A stretch of DNA of 64,000 bases, from positions 3,872,001 to 3,936,000 of the forward strand of contig CBDASK010000003.1 in the NCBI GenBank assembly GCA_965199495.1. Direction: 5' to 3'. Source of the stretch: Abditibacterium sp. Its GTDB lineage: Bacteria > Armatimonadota > Abditibacteriia > Abditibacteriales > Abditibacteriaceae. The notes beneath the pieces are model-generated. The model was not told where the DNA came from and searched no databases. It was given only the letters and a program-made list of their open reading frames with translations. A program made the position numbers and the translations under genes. Shown one piece after another: positions 18,793 to 26,948 of the stretch. The stretch's first letter is position 1; each line of letters starts with the position of its first letter.

Positions 18793-18893
18793 TCCGTAGA
18801 GACACCGATTTATCGTGTCTAAAACGTTGGAATTGCCGCAAAATACGCGGGTTCATTTACATTTTAGACACGATAAATCGGTGTCTCTACGGA
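18793..18893. repeat. GTAG-type REP doublet (GTAGAGAC..CGATTTATCG.GTCT family, copy 1)
   Basis: ccgtagagacaccgatttatcgtgtctaaaa ... ttttagacacgataaatcggtgtctctacgg. Confidence 0.9.
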
Positions 18894-18906
18894 GGCATCA
18901 CAGAAA

Positions 18907-20118
18907 TTAGAACGCGTTGTCCAAGACAGCCACGCCGGGCAGGTCTACGCCTTCGAGAAATTCGAGACTGGCGCCGCCGCCCGTCGAGACGTGCGACATT
19001 TGATCCGAAAGTCCCATCTGTTTGGCTGCCGCCGCGCTGTCTCCGCCGCCGATGACCGTGAGCGCTCCCTTGACCGTCGCGCTCGCCAGCGCCGTGGCTA
19101 TAGCGCGCGTGCCGTTGGAAAACGGCGTGACTTCAAAGCGACCCATCGGGCCGTTCCACAACACGGTTTGCGCGTTTTCGATGACTTGCGAATAATCGGC
19201 GACGGTTTTGGGGCCGATGTCCATGCCCATCATGTCGTCGGGGATTTGTCCGGCGGGCACGACTTCGGTGCGCGCGTCTTCGGCATCGCGGTCGGCGACC
19301 ACGAAATCCTGCGGCAAACGGAAATCATAGCCTTTTTCACTCGCCAATTGCATCAGTTCGGCAGCAATCGGCGCGTCTTCCACCTTGAAATACGACGTGC
19401 CGACCGGACGATTGCGCGCGGCCTCGAACGCATAAGCCATCGCGCCGCCGACCAAAATCGTGTCCACTTGGCCCAATAAATTGCGAATCACACCGATTTT
19501 GTCGCTGACTTTGACGCCGCCTAAAATCGCCACGAACGGGCGTTTGGGATTGTCGAGCAACTGGCTCAAAAACTCCAGTTCGCGCGCCATTAATAATCCG
19601 GCCACGCAGGGTTTGCCCTGTGCTTTCATCACTTCGGCGACGCCGTGCGTCGAGGCGTGCGCGCGGTGCGCGGCGCCAAAGGCGTCGTTGACGTAAACGT
19701 CGCCGAACTGCGCCAATTGGCGCGCGAGTTCGGGATCGTTGGTCTCTTCGCCGGGATGGAAACGCGTGTTTTCCAGCAACAAAACGCCGCCGGGCGCGAC
19801 GTTTTTCACCATCGCCGTCGCTTCGAGGCCGGTGCTGTCGGTGGCATATTGCACGTCGCGTTCGAGCAGTTCTTGCAAACGCTGCGAAACGCCAATCAGA
19901 CGCATTTCGGGCACGACTTGGCCTTTGGGACGGCCATAGTGCGCCATCAAAACGACGCCCGCTCCGGCGTCGAAAAGGTATTGCAGCGTCGGCACGGTTT
20001 CGCGGATGCGCGCGTCGTCAGTGATGTGGCCGTTTTCGTCAACGGGCACGTTGTAGTCAACGCGCATCAAGACGGTCTTGCCGCCCAGTTCGATGTCGCG
20101 AATGGTTTTTTTGTTCAT
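18907..20118 (-). CDS. pgk: Phosphoglycerate kinase
   Basis: [45 protein letters not shown]. Confidence 0.98.
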   Translation of the reverse strand: MNKKTIRDIELGGKTVLMRVDYNVPVDENGHITDDARIRETVPTLQYLFDAGAGVVLMAHYGRPKGQVVPEMRLIGVSQRLQELLERDVQYATDSTGLEATAMVKNVAPGGVLLLENTRFHPGEETNDPELARQLAQFGDVYVNDAFGAAHRAHASTHGVAEVMKAQGKPCVAGLLMARELEFLSQLLDNPKRPFVAILGGVKVSDKIGVIRNLLGQVDTILVGGAMAYAFEAARNRPVGTSYFKVEDAPIAAELMQLASEKGYDFRLPQDFVVADRDAEDARTEVVPAGQIPDDMMGMDIGPKTVADYSQVIENAQTVLWNGPMGRFEVTPFSNGTRAIATALASATVKGALTVIGGGDSAAAAKQMGLSDQMSHVSTGGGASLEFLEGVDLPGVAVLDNAF

Positions 20119-20123
20119 GGCGT

Positions 20124-20218
20124 AGGAAAGGATAAAGGATAAAGGCGCAAGGATAAAGGTTTGAGGGCAAACATTTCGATTTTCCCTTTATGCCCCAGCC
20201 TTTATGCTTTATCCTTTT
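20124..20218. repeat. Inverted arrays of heptamer tandem repeats (GATAAAG / CTTTATC-type)
   Basis: gataaag gataaag gcgcaag gataaag ... ctttatg ccccagc ctttatg ctttatc. Confidence 0.75.
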
Positions 20219-20224
20219 CGGGAA

Positions 20225-20797
20225 ATGTTTTTGATCGTTGGTCTGGGCAATCCCGGTTTGCAATACGCGCGCACGCGCCACAACGCCGGTTGGTTCGTCA
20301 TTGACGAACTGGCGCGGCGTCACGAGGTTTCCCTCGTCAAAAAGAACGCCGATTATAAATTGGGACTTGGCTTCATGGGCGAACACAAAATTGGTTTAGT
20401 CAAGCCGCAAACTTACATGAACGATTCGGGGCGCGCGGTCGCGTCTCTCCAGCATTTTTATCGTCTGGAAATCGCGCAAATTTTAGTTTTGACCGACGAT
20501 TTAAATTTGCCCGTCGGCAAACTGCGTCTGCGCGGCAACGGCTCGGACGGCGGGCATAACGGCCTCAAATCCATCGCGCAAAGTTTGAACAGTCGCGATT
20601 ATGCGCGGTTGCGCATTGGCGTCGGCGAGCCACCGCGCGAGGAACGCGAACGCGCGGGCACCGCCAATTTCGTGTTGCGCCCGTTCAGCTCCGACGAATG
20701 GCCCCTTGTTGATGAAAACACCGCCCGCGCCGCCGACGCCGTGGCTGCATGGATCGAAGGCGGCGTCGAATACGCGATGAGCCGCTTTAACGGCTAA
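20225..20797 (+). CDS. pth: Peptidyl-tRNA hydrolase
   Basis: LIVGLGNPG, TRHNAG, KPQTYMN, GGHNGLKSI, RLRIGVG. Confidence 0.97.
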   Translation: MFLIVGLGNPGLQYARTRHNAGWFVIDELARRHEVSLVKKNADYKLGLGFMGEHKIGLVKPQTYMNDSGRAVASLQHFYRLEIAQILVLTDDLNLPVGKLRLRGNGSDGGHNGLKSIAQSLNSRDYARLRIGVGEPPREERERAGTANFVLRPFSSDEWPLVDENTARAADAVAAWIEGGVEYAMSRFNG

Positions 20798-20836
20798 TTG
20801 AACGCGCGACGCGTTTCAAACGTATAATAAAGACTT

Positions 20837-21289
20837 ATGAAAACTCTTAATTCTCTCGCATTGTTGAGCGCCCTACTGGCGCCGACTACCTTAGTTAGCG
20901 CGACGGCGCACGCCAAACCGGCGACCAAAGTCAATTGGCAGCCTTCGTATTTCGCGGCCATGAAAGAGGCCAAACGTTCGGGCAAGCCGTTATTCATTGA
21001 TTTTTATACCGATTGGTGCGGCCCCTGCAAATATCTGGAGCAGACGACGTATCAAGACTCCAAATTCATCGCCTATTCGCGCGGTTGGGTCATGGTCAAA
21101 GTCAATCCCGAAAAGAGCGCGTTCGGGCGCCAACTCTTCGATAAATACAAATTGAGCGGTTATCCCTCAATGGTTTTCACCGACGCCAGAGGCAAGAAAA
21201 ACGGCGAAGCCGTCGGCAGTTATCCCGCCGCTATGCTGATTCCCGAAATGAAGAAAGCCGCCAAAAAAGCGGGCGGCACGCGAGTTTAA
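20837..21289 (+). CDS. Secreted thioredoxin-family protein
   Basis: Signal peptide; DFYTDWCGPC. Confidence 0.88.
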   Translation: MKTLNSLALLSALLAPTTLVSATAHAKPATKVNWQPSYFAAMKEAKRSGKPLFIDFYTDWCGPCKYLEQTTYQDSKFIAYSRGWVMVKVNPEKSAFGRQLFDKYKLSGYPSMVFTDARGKKNGEAVGSYPAAMLIPEMKKAAKKAGGTRV

Positions 21290-21310
21290 AATTTCGCTTT
21301 TTCCCCACGT

Positions 21311-21440
21311 TGTCAGGAGTGCGCAGTGAGGGACGAACGAAGTCGAAGAATCCACAACTATAGACAAGACTAAAGCGAAGTCAATAGGCAACCGGTGGAT
21401 TCTTCGACTTCGTTCGTCCCTCACTGCGCTCAGAATGACA
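21311..21440. repeat. Inverted-repeat element, GTCATTCTGAGC...GAAGAATC family (copy 2)
   Basis: gcgcagtgagggacgaacgaagtcgaagaatcca ... tggattcttcgacttcgttcgtccctcactgcgctcagaatgaca; same arms as 17212-17416, different spacer. Confidence 0.9.
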
Positions 21441-21454
21441 GCGCGAGAATTCCT

Positions 21455-22084
21455 ATGTTTCTCAAAATCTGCGGCACGACTTCGATTAACGATGCGCAAT
21501 TATCGGCGCGCGCGGGCGCCGATGCGTTGGGCGTCATCGTGCGTCACGCGGCGTCGCCACGTTACGTCGTGGACGAAATGGCGCGCGAAATTTGCACAAA
21601 GGCGGGCGTGCCGATTGTGGCGGTTAGCGTCAATCAATCGCTCGAATCGTTGGAACAAATCGCGGCCCAATTGCAGCCCCTCGCGCTGCAACTGCATGGC
21701 GACGAATCGCCCGAATTGGTGCGCGAACTGGCCCGGCGTGGCACCGCCGTTTGGAAAGTGATTGCGGGCGCCAATTTGCTCAACGATGCGCAGATTTATA
21801 CCGACGCGGGCGCGTCGGCCTTAGTTGTGGATGCGCGCGAAATTGGTGCAAACGGCACGATTTACGGCGGCACCAGCCATCTCGCCGATTGGACGGCGGC
21901 GCGTGCGCTCGTTGACGCTGGGTTTCGCGTGATTTTGGCGGGCGGTTTGACGCCCGAAAACGTGGCGCGCGCCATCGAAACCGTCGAGCCGTGGGGCGTT
22001 GATGTGGTTTCGGGCGTCGAAGCGCGCAAAGGCACCAAAGACGCAGGCAAAATCAGCGAATTCGCGCGCTTGGTGAAAAGTTAA
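21455..22084 (+). CDS. trpF: Phosphoribosylanthranilate isomerase
   Basis: LKICG, LQLHGDES, ILAGGLTPENV, GVDVVSGVE; start at ATG 21455. Confidence 0.94.
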   Translation: MFLKICGTTSINDAQLSARAGADALGVIVRHAASPRYVVDEMAREICTKAGVPIVAVSVNQSLESLEQIAAQLQPLALQLHGDESPELVRELARRGTAVWKVIAGANLLNDAQIYTDAGASALVVDAREIGANGTIYGGTSHLADWTAARALVDAGFRVILAGGLTPENVARAIETVEPWGVDVVSGVEARKGTKDAGKISEFARLVKS

Positions 22085-22108
22085 TTTCGTCGAATCTGAA
22101 ACTCGCTG

Positions 22109-22660
22109 ATGCCTAAATCTTCCTTGAACTCGTCGGCCCGTTTCTGGCGTTTTCACTGGTTCGGGCGCGCGCTCCAATTGGCGGCGGCGAGTGCTTCAAG
22201 CGGCGCGTGGATTGGCGCGATAAACGGCTTCTACAACTGGTATGATTTGCGAGGTAATACGCTCGATCCGTGGTGGCATTGGACGGGAATGACGGCTCTT
22301 TACAACGCGATTTGGATGGGAATTTTCGGGCTTTGCGTGGGCGTCCCCTTGTTTTTGGGCGTCGCCGCGCTCGGCGCGCGTTGGAGTGCGCGTCGCCGAT
22401 GGCGTTACGCGCATAGTTTCAATCGTTATTTGTTGTTGCCTCTTATTGTGAGTTTGGTTCTAACCTCGGACATCGCAACTTTCGGTTGGCTCGTCGGCTT
22501 CATTCCGCGTGCCGCTGATTTGGGCGATATTCTGGTGCGCACCGAAATCGCGATTCTGGCGGCGAGCAGCTTAATTTTCGCTACGACGCTCGGCGTTTTG
22601 ACGCGCCGTCCGCGCAAACGCGTGATGCGTGTGACATCGCGGCTTTTACCCGTCCGATAA
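22109..22660 (+). CDS. Hypothetical membrane protein
   Basis: About 4 hydrophobic segments; directly follows trpF. Confidence 0.65.
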   Translation: MPKSSLNSSARFWRFHWFGRALQLAAASASSGAWIGAINGFYNWYDLRGNTLDPWWHWTGMTALYNAIWMGIFGLCVGVPLFLGVAALGARWSARRRWRYAHSFNRYLLLPLIVSLVLTSDIATFGWLVGFIPRAADLGDILVRTEIAILAASSLIFATTLGVLTRRPRKRVMRVTSRLLPVR

Positions 22661-22663
22661 AAG

Positions 22664-24130
22664 TTAAACCAAGCGCGCGCCAACTTGAACTTCAAAAGTG
22701 CGGCTCCACGGCAAATTGACCCGCAAATCGCGGACATTCGCGCCAAACTGTTCGCGCGCCAAATCGTGCGCGAATGTTTCCATGCTCGCGCGCGCCAACA
22801 CCTCGATTTGCTGGCCCTGACCGTTCATGCTGAGCGGCGAAAAGCCGCGTTGGCGCGCTTCGTGTTCCAATTCGGCGCGCAGGTTCGCCTGATAATACCA
22901 ATCGTCCAACAAACGCTCGAAAACGAATTGACGATTTAATTCGGCTTCGTTGCTGCGCACCAGAGCCGCGCACTGCGCCAGCACCGTTCCGGTTGTGTTG
23001 CCCGCCGTGTTCCAGCCGCCAAACGCGGCCAAACGGCCCAGAATGTCGCCGCTTGCGCGCAACTCGTCCATCAACAAATTATCGGCGCCATTGGGAAACG
23101 CGACATCGCACAGCGCGACGCGCGCGCCACTTTCGACGGCGCTTTTCAGGCGCGCGACCCAAGTTTTCAAGGCGCCAGTGCGCTCCAACTTTTCGGCGAC
23201 GCTTTCGTCTTTTTGCGAACCGGCAATCGGCGCGTTGACCCACAATTGAATGTCGGCCTCGTCGTCCTGCGTGATGCGCCCGCTCATCGCCGCGATATGA
23301 GAATGCAGCGCGTCTTCGTAGGGCACATCCTCGAAAACCGCGATGTTGCGCTTATTGGTCTGGCTCGACCAGTGAATCGAAAAGCCGACATCGCCGTTCC
23401 AGTGGCGCGCGAGCAACGTGAGCGCGGCCTCATCGGCGCCGGGATGCAACGCGAATTTCTTCGCGACGCCCTTGGCAGCCACGGCGGCGGTGATCTCGTC
23501 TTGTTCGGCGCGGTGCAGACCGAATTCGGTGCAATCTTCTTGGGTAATCAGCAGATAATCGAAAATTCCATCGGCCAGCCAATCCACCATTTGCAGGTTG
23601 ACCGCGTGATTGCGCGCGCGCGCGCCGCAATACTGCTCGATAATCGCGTCGGGAATTTGCGCGCGCACTTCGTTGCGCTCGGCCTCTTTGGCGGGCGAGG
23701 GAAACCGTTTGGCTTCGCCCATCAAACGCGCCCAGCGCATCACGTTGTAATAGTGCGGCACGGCGGCGTCCGAGTCCATCGTAATCGCCAGCCGCATCAA
23801 AATGTTGAACGCATAAACCGGCGTTTGCGGGCGCGACTTGCGCCACTTTTTCAGCGTTTGCAAACGATTCAACGCGGTTTCCAAATCGGTCGCGGTTTTA
23901 CGCGAGGCGACCAAACCGCCGTAGGCGAGCATATCAACCGAAACGATGAGCGCCTCGACGGGGGGCAACGCATCGAGCCACGCGCGCAAGGCGTCGCAGT
24001 CGCCGCGCTGATTGAATTGGCCGAGCAAGTTTGCGGGCGGCGCGAGGAGTTGCGCGTCGCCGATGGCGGCGATTTGCGCGGGAAATTGCAGGTTACAGGG
24101 ACGGTCGTCGAGCGGCAGAAGGGCGATCAT
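22664..24130 (-). CDS. DUF4127 family protein
   Basis: LLPLDDRPCN, SVDMLAYGGLVASR, HPGADE, GWNTAGNTTG, ERLLDDW. Confidence 0.85.
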   Translation of the reverse strand: MIALLPLDDRPCNLQFPAQIAAIGDAQLLAPPANLLGQFNQRGDCDALRAWLDALPPVEALIVSVDMLAYGGLVASRKTATDLETALNRLQTLKKWRKSRPQTPVYAFNILMRLAITMDSDAAVPHYYNVMRWARLMGEAKRFPSPAKEAERNEVRAQIPDAIIEQYCGARARNHAVNLQMVDWLADGIFDYLLITQEDCTEFGLHRAEQDEITAAVAAKGVAKKFALHPGADEAALTLLARHWNGDVGFSIHWSSQTNKRNIAVFEDVPYEDALHSHIAAMSGRITQDDEADIQLWVNAPIAGSQKDESVAEKLERTGALKTWVARLKSAVESGARVALCDVAFPNGADNLLMDELRASGDILGRLAAFGGWNTAGNTTGTVLAQCAALVRSNEAELNRQFVFERLLDDWYYQANLRAELEHEARQRGFSPLSMNGQGQQIEVLARASMETFAHDLAREQFGANVRDLRVNLPWSRTFEVQVGARLV

Positions 24131-24154
24131 GAATGGTGAAGTGAGCCGCGAATC

Positions 24155-24805
24155 TTACGATTGCGGTTCGCTCGTCGGCGGCGTGGCTGGTGTGGTCGCG
24201 TCGCTTGGAGCGTTGAGTTGTGAATTGAGTTCGTCCGAATGATTTTCGGTCGCAATTTTGTCTTTGTCTTTGGGACGCGGGATTTTCAGATGAATTTCGT
24301 TGAGCAGAGTGCGCGCGGCATCGTGTTTGGGATTGAGCGTCAGTTCGCGCCGCAAAGCCTGCGCGGCTTCGTCGCTACGGTCTTGCTTCATGTAACCGAC
24401 CGCTAAATTATAGTTGGCATCCACCCAGTTTGGCCGACCTTCGACCAAGGTTTCCAGCGTTTCAACCGAATGCTTGATGTCGCCCAATGCGTCGTAAGTC
24501 GCCGCCAAGTTTAATAGCGCGATGGTGTTATGCGGCTCCAGCGCCAGCACGTAGCGCAGATGGCCCAGCGCTTCTTCGGGCCGTTTGACCAGATAAAGCG
24601 CGGCGCCCAAGTTCAAACGGCCTTCCAAACGCGTTGGCTCGATGGCGTAGGCTTTCTCGAAACATTTGATGGCTTTTTCGGGTTGCCGCTTTTCCAGATA
24701 GCGCGTGCCCTGCGACCAAAAATGCTGGGCGCGCTCGAATTTATCGGCGCCCGCATTCTCGCCGGTTTCGGCGTCACTTTCTGACTTGGAACTAAACGGC
24801 CACAT
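24155..24805 (-). CDS. Tetratricopeptide repeat protein
   Basis: TPR-like repeats (AIKCFEKAYAIEP, LNLGAAL, YNLAVGY, ELTLNPKH); start at ATG 24805. Confidence 0.85.
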   Translation of the reverse strand: MWPFSSKSESDAETGENAGADKFERAQHFWSQGTRYLEKRQPEKAIKCFEKAYAIEPTRLEGRLNLGAALYLVKRPEEALGHLRYVLALEPHNTIALLNLAATYDALGDIKHSVETLETLVEGRPNWVDANYNLAVGYMKQDRSDEAAQALRRELTLNPKHDAARTLLNEIHLKIPRPKDKDKIATENHSDELNSQLNAPSDATTPATPPTSEPQS

Positions 24806-24932
24806 AAAACCGCAGTTTAATCGGATTTCGCGTTTTGCGATTTCATCGCTTTGTATTGCCCGGTAAATCCAGTGAATTTTACTCAACAAAAAACTCCATC
24901 GCGTAATTACAATGGAGTTGGAAAGCATGATT

Positions 24933-25006
24933 TAGCGGAAGAGGGATTCGAACCCCCGACACACGGATTATGATTCCGTTGCTCTAACCGACTGAGCTAT
25001 TCCGCC
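24933..25006 (-). tRNA. tRNA-Met (CAT), elongator-type; CCA not encoded
   Basis: GGCGGAATAGCTCAGTCGGTTAGAGCAACGGAATCATAATCCGTGTGTCGGGGGTTCGAATCCCTCTTCCGCTA cloverleaf; G1-U72 pair argues against initiator. Confidence 0.93.
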
Positions 25007-25013
25007 TTTTTTG

Positions 25014-25117
25014 AGTGGCAAGGATCAAGTGACAGGGAACAAGATCGGCAGGTAGAAATCACGCTGTAAAGTTTGAGTTCCCATCTCTTGTCACTTGTTC
25101 CCTGCTACTTGTCACTT
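25014..25117. repeat. Inverted arrays of heptamer tandem repeats (AGTGACA / TGTCACT-type)
   Basis: agtggca aggatca agtgaca gggaaca ... tgtcact tgttccc tgctact tgtcact. Confidence 0.75.
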
Positions 25118-25121
25118 AGGT

Positions 25122-25301
25122 TTAGTCGTCGTTATTGCGGCGACGTTTCTGTTTGCGCTTTTTGAGTTTGCGCTGTTTGCGCTCTTCGATTTTGCGACGG
25201 CGTTCGGTGTGCTCGTGGCGAATCGCGTCGCCAATCGCCTGGTCGAGCTGTTGCAGCGGCGTGGCGTCGTAGGATTGCAGGGTTGTCAGATCAATGGCCA
25301 T
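25122..25301 (-). CDS. Small hypothetical protein with highly basic C-terminus
   Basis: MAIDLTTLQSYDATPLQQLDQAIGDAIRHEHTERRRKIEERKQRKLKKRKQKRRRNNDD. Confidence 0.6.
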   Translation of the reverse strand: MAIDLTTLQSYDATPLQQLDQAIGDAIRHEHTERRRKIEERKQRKLKKRKQKRRRNNDD

Positions 25302-25465
25302 AATTTTTTCGCCGCATTTTTGGAATTTTCTAAAATCGCGCGCGTTGGAAACAAAGTTGCGCCTTAACTGGCGCAACTCCAAAGACGAAACGCACAAGGC
25401 CCGTAAAATATTAGCGTCTTACGCGTGCCGCGTCAACCCATATTCGCAAAAAAATTCCTTTTTCC

Positions 25466-26464
25466 ATGCAAAATTCTCTCAATTCTCCCGTTCACGTCGC
25501 CCTGACCGGCGCTGCCGGACAAATCGGTTACGCTCTGGCCTTTCGCATCGCGAGCGGCCAAATGTTTGGCCCGCAGACGCCGGTTTGTCTGCATCTCATC
25601 GAAATCGAACCGGCGTTGCCCGCACTTAAAGGCGTCGAAATGGAACTGCTCGATTGCGCGTTTCCGCTTCTGCAAAATATCGTTTGCACCGCCGATCTCA
25701 AACGCGGCTTTAACAACGTCAACTGGGCTTTGCTCATCGGTTCCGTTCCGCGCAAAGACGGCATGGAGCGCAGCGATTTGCTCAGCATCAACGGCAAAAT
25801 TTTCACCGGCCAAGGGCAGGCGATCCAAGACAACGCCAATTCCGACGCCCGCGTTTTGGTCGTTGGCAATCCGTGCAACACCAACTGTCTCATCGCGATG
25901 AACAACGCGCCCGAAGTGCCGCGTGACCGTTGGTTTGCCATGACGCGTTTGGACGAAAATCGCGCCAAACAGCAGTTGTCTCTCAAAGCCGAAGTCGGCG
26001 TGGCTGGGGTTGACCGCATGACGATTTGGGGCAATCACTCTTCGACGCAGTTTCCCGATTTTACCAACGCGCGCATCGGCGGCCAAAGTGCGACCGACGT
26101 GATTAACGACGAAAACTGGCTCAAATCAGAGTTCATTCCCATTGTGCAAAGTCGCGGCGGCGCCGTTATCAAGGCGCGCGGCGCGAGTTCGGCGGGTTCG
26201 GCGGCCAACGCCATTGTGGACAGCGTCGTCTCACTGACAACAGCCACGCCGGGCGACGACTGGCATTCGGTCGCGCTGTGCAGCGACGGCAGTTATGGCG
26301 TGCCCGAAGGTTTGATTTGCTCGTTTCCCACGCGCTGTGATGGAAATAATATTGAAATTGTGCCCGATGTGCCGCTCAACGATTTCGCGACGGATAAATT
26401 GGCGGCGTCGGTTGTCGAGTTGCAGGAAGAACAACGTCTGGTGGCCGATTTGTTGCCTGAGTGA
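25466..26464 (+). CDS. mdh: Malate dehydrogenase
   Basis: [45 protein letters not shown]. Confidence 0.97.
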   Translation: MQNSLNSPVHVALTGAAGQIGYALAFRIASGQMFGPQTPVCLHLIEIEPALPALKGVEMELLDCAFPLLQNIVCTADLKRGFNNVNWALLIGSVPRKDGMERSDLLSINGKIFTGQGQAIQDNANSDARVLVVGNPCNTNCLIAMNNAPEVPRDRWFAMTRLDENRAKQQLSLKAEVGVAGVDRMTIWGNHSSTQFPDFTNARIGGQSATDVINDENWLKSEFIPIVQSRGGAVIKARGASSAGSAANAIVDSVVSLTTATPGDDWHSVALCSDGSYGVPEGLICSFPTRCDGNNIEIVPDVPLNDFATDKLAASVVELQEEQRLVADLLPE

Positions 26465-26513
26465 AAATCGTGTTGTTCACGTTGTTCAAACGGCTGAAAA
26501 GTTGTTTTGAACC

Positions 26514-26547
26514 AAAAAAGCCCGCTCTGGGGGGAGCGGGCTTTTTT
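26514..26547. terminator. Bidirectional intrinsic terminator between convergent genes
   Basis: aaaaaagcccgctc..gagcgggctttttt. Confidence 0.85.
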
Positions 26548-26594
26548 ATTATCGTAAAAATGGCGCGAAAGCCATGACTTTACTTGAATTAGGC

Positions 26595-26762
26595 TCAGCC
26601 ACCTTCGTCTTTCGTTGAAGCGGCGGGGGCTGCCGATCCGACTCCGTTGCCAGCGGCATTGGTGTCCGTGTCATCAGATTTGCCACAGCCGACCAAGACG
26701 GCGCTCGACAGAATGGCGCCGACGACGGCGAAAATCGCGATACGATTGATCCAGTTGTTCAT
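26595..26762 (-). CDS. Small lipoprotein (55 aa), absent from ORF track
   Basis: MNNWINRIAIFAVVGAILSSAVLVGC-GKSDDTDTNAAGNGVGSAAPAASTKDEGG; lipobox LVGC; SD AAAGGAGG. Confidence 0.85.
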   Translation of the reverse strand: MNNWINRIAIFAVVGAILSSAVLVGCGKSDDTDTNAAGNGVGSAAPAASTKDEGG

Positions 26763-26948
26763 GTTGTTCCTCCTTTCCCTTTGATGTCGGGAGCAAAATT
26801 TAAGTCGGCGTTTGGCGATGCAATTAAGACACCAAAAAACGCGTTGCTACCAATTTACTCCGCCTCGCGTTTTTTGACAAGTCATAACACGAATAATTGT
26901 GTTGTTCAAATGGCAGCGAAAGCCCGCTTTATCCAGCATTAAAGAGGT

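Noticed and set aside
24933..25006. tRNA as an integration site for an island
   Set aside because: No duplicated tRNA 3' end and no integrase seen in the window
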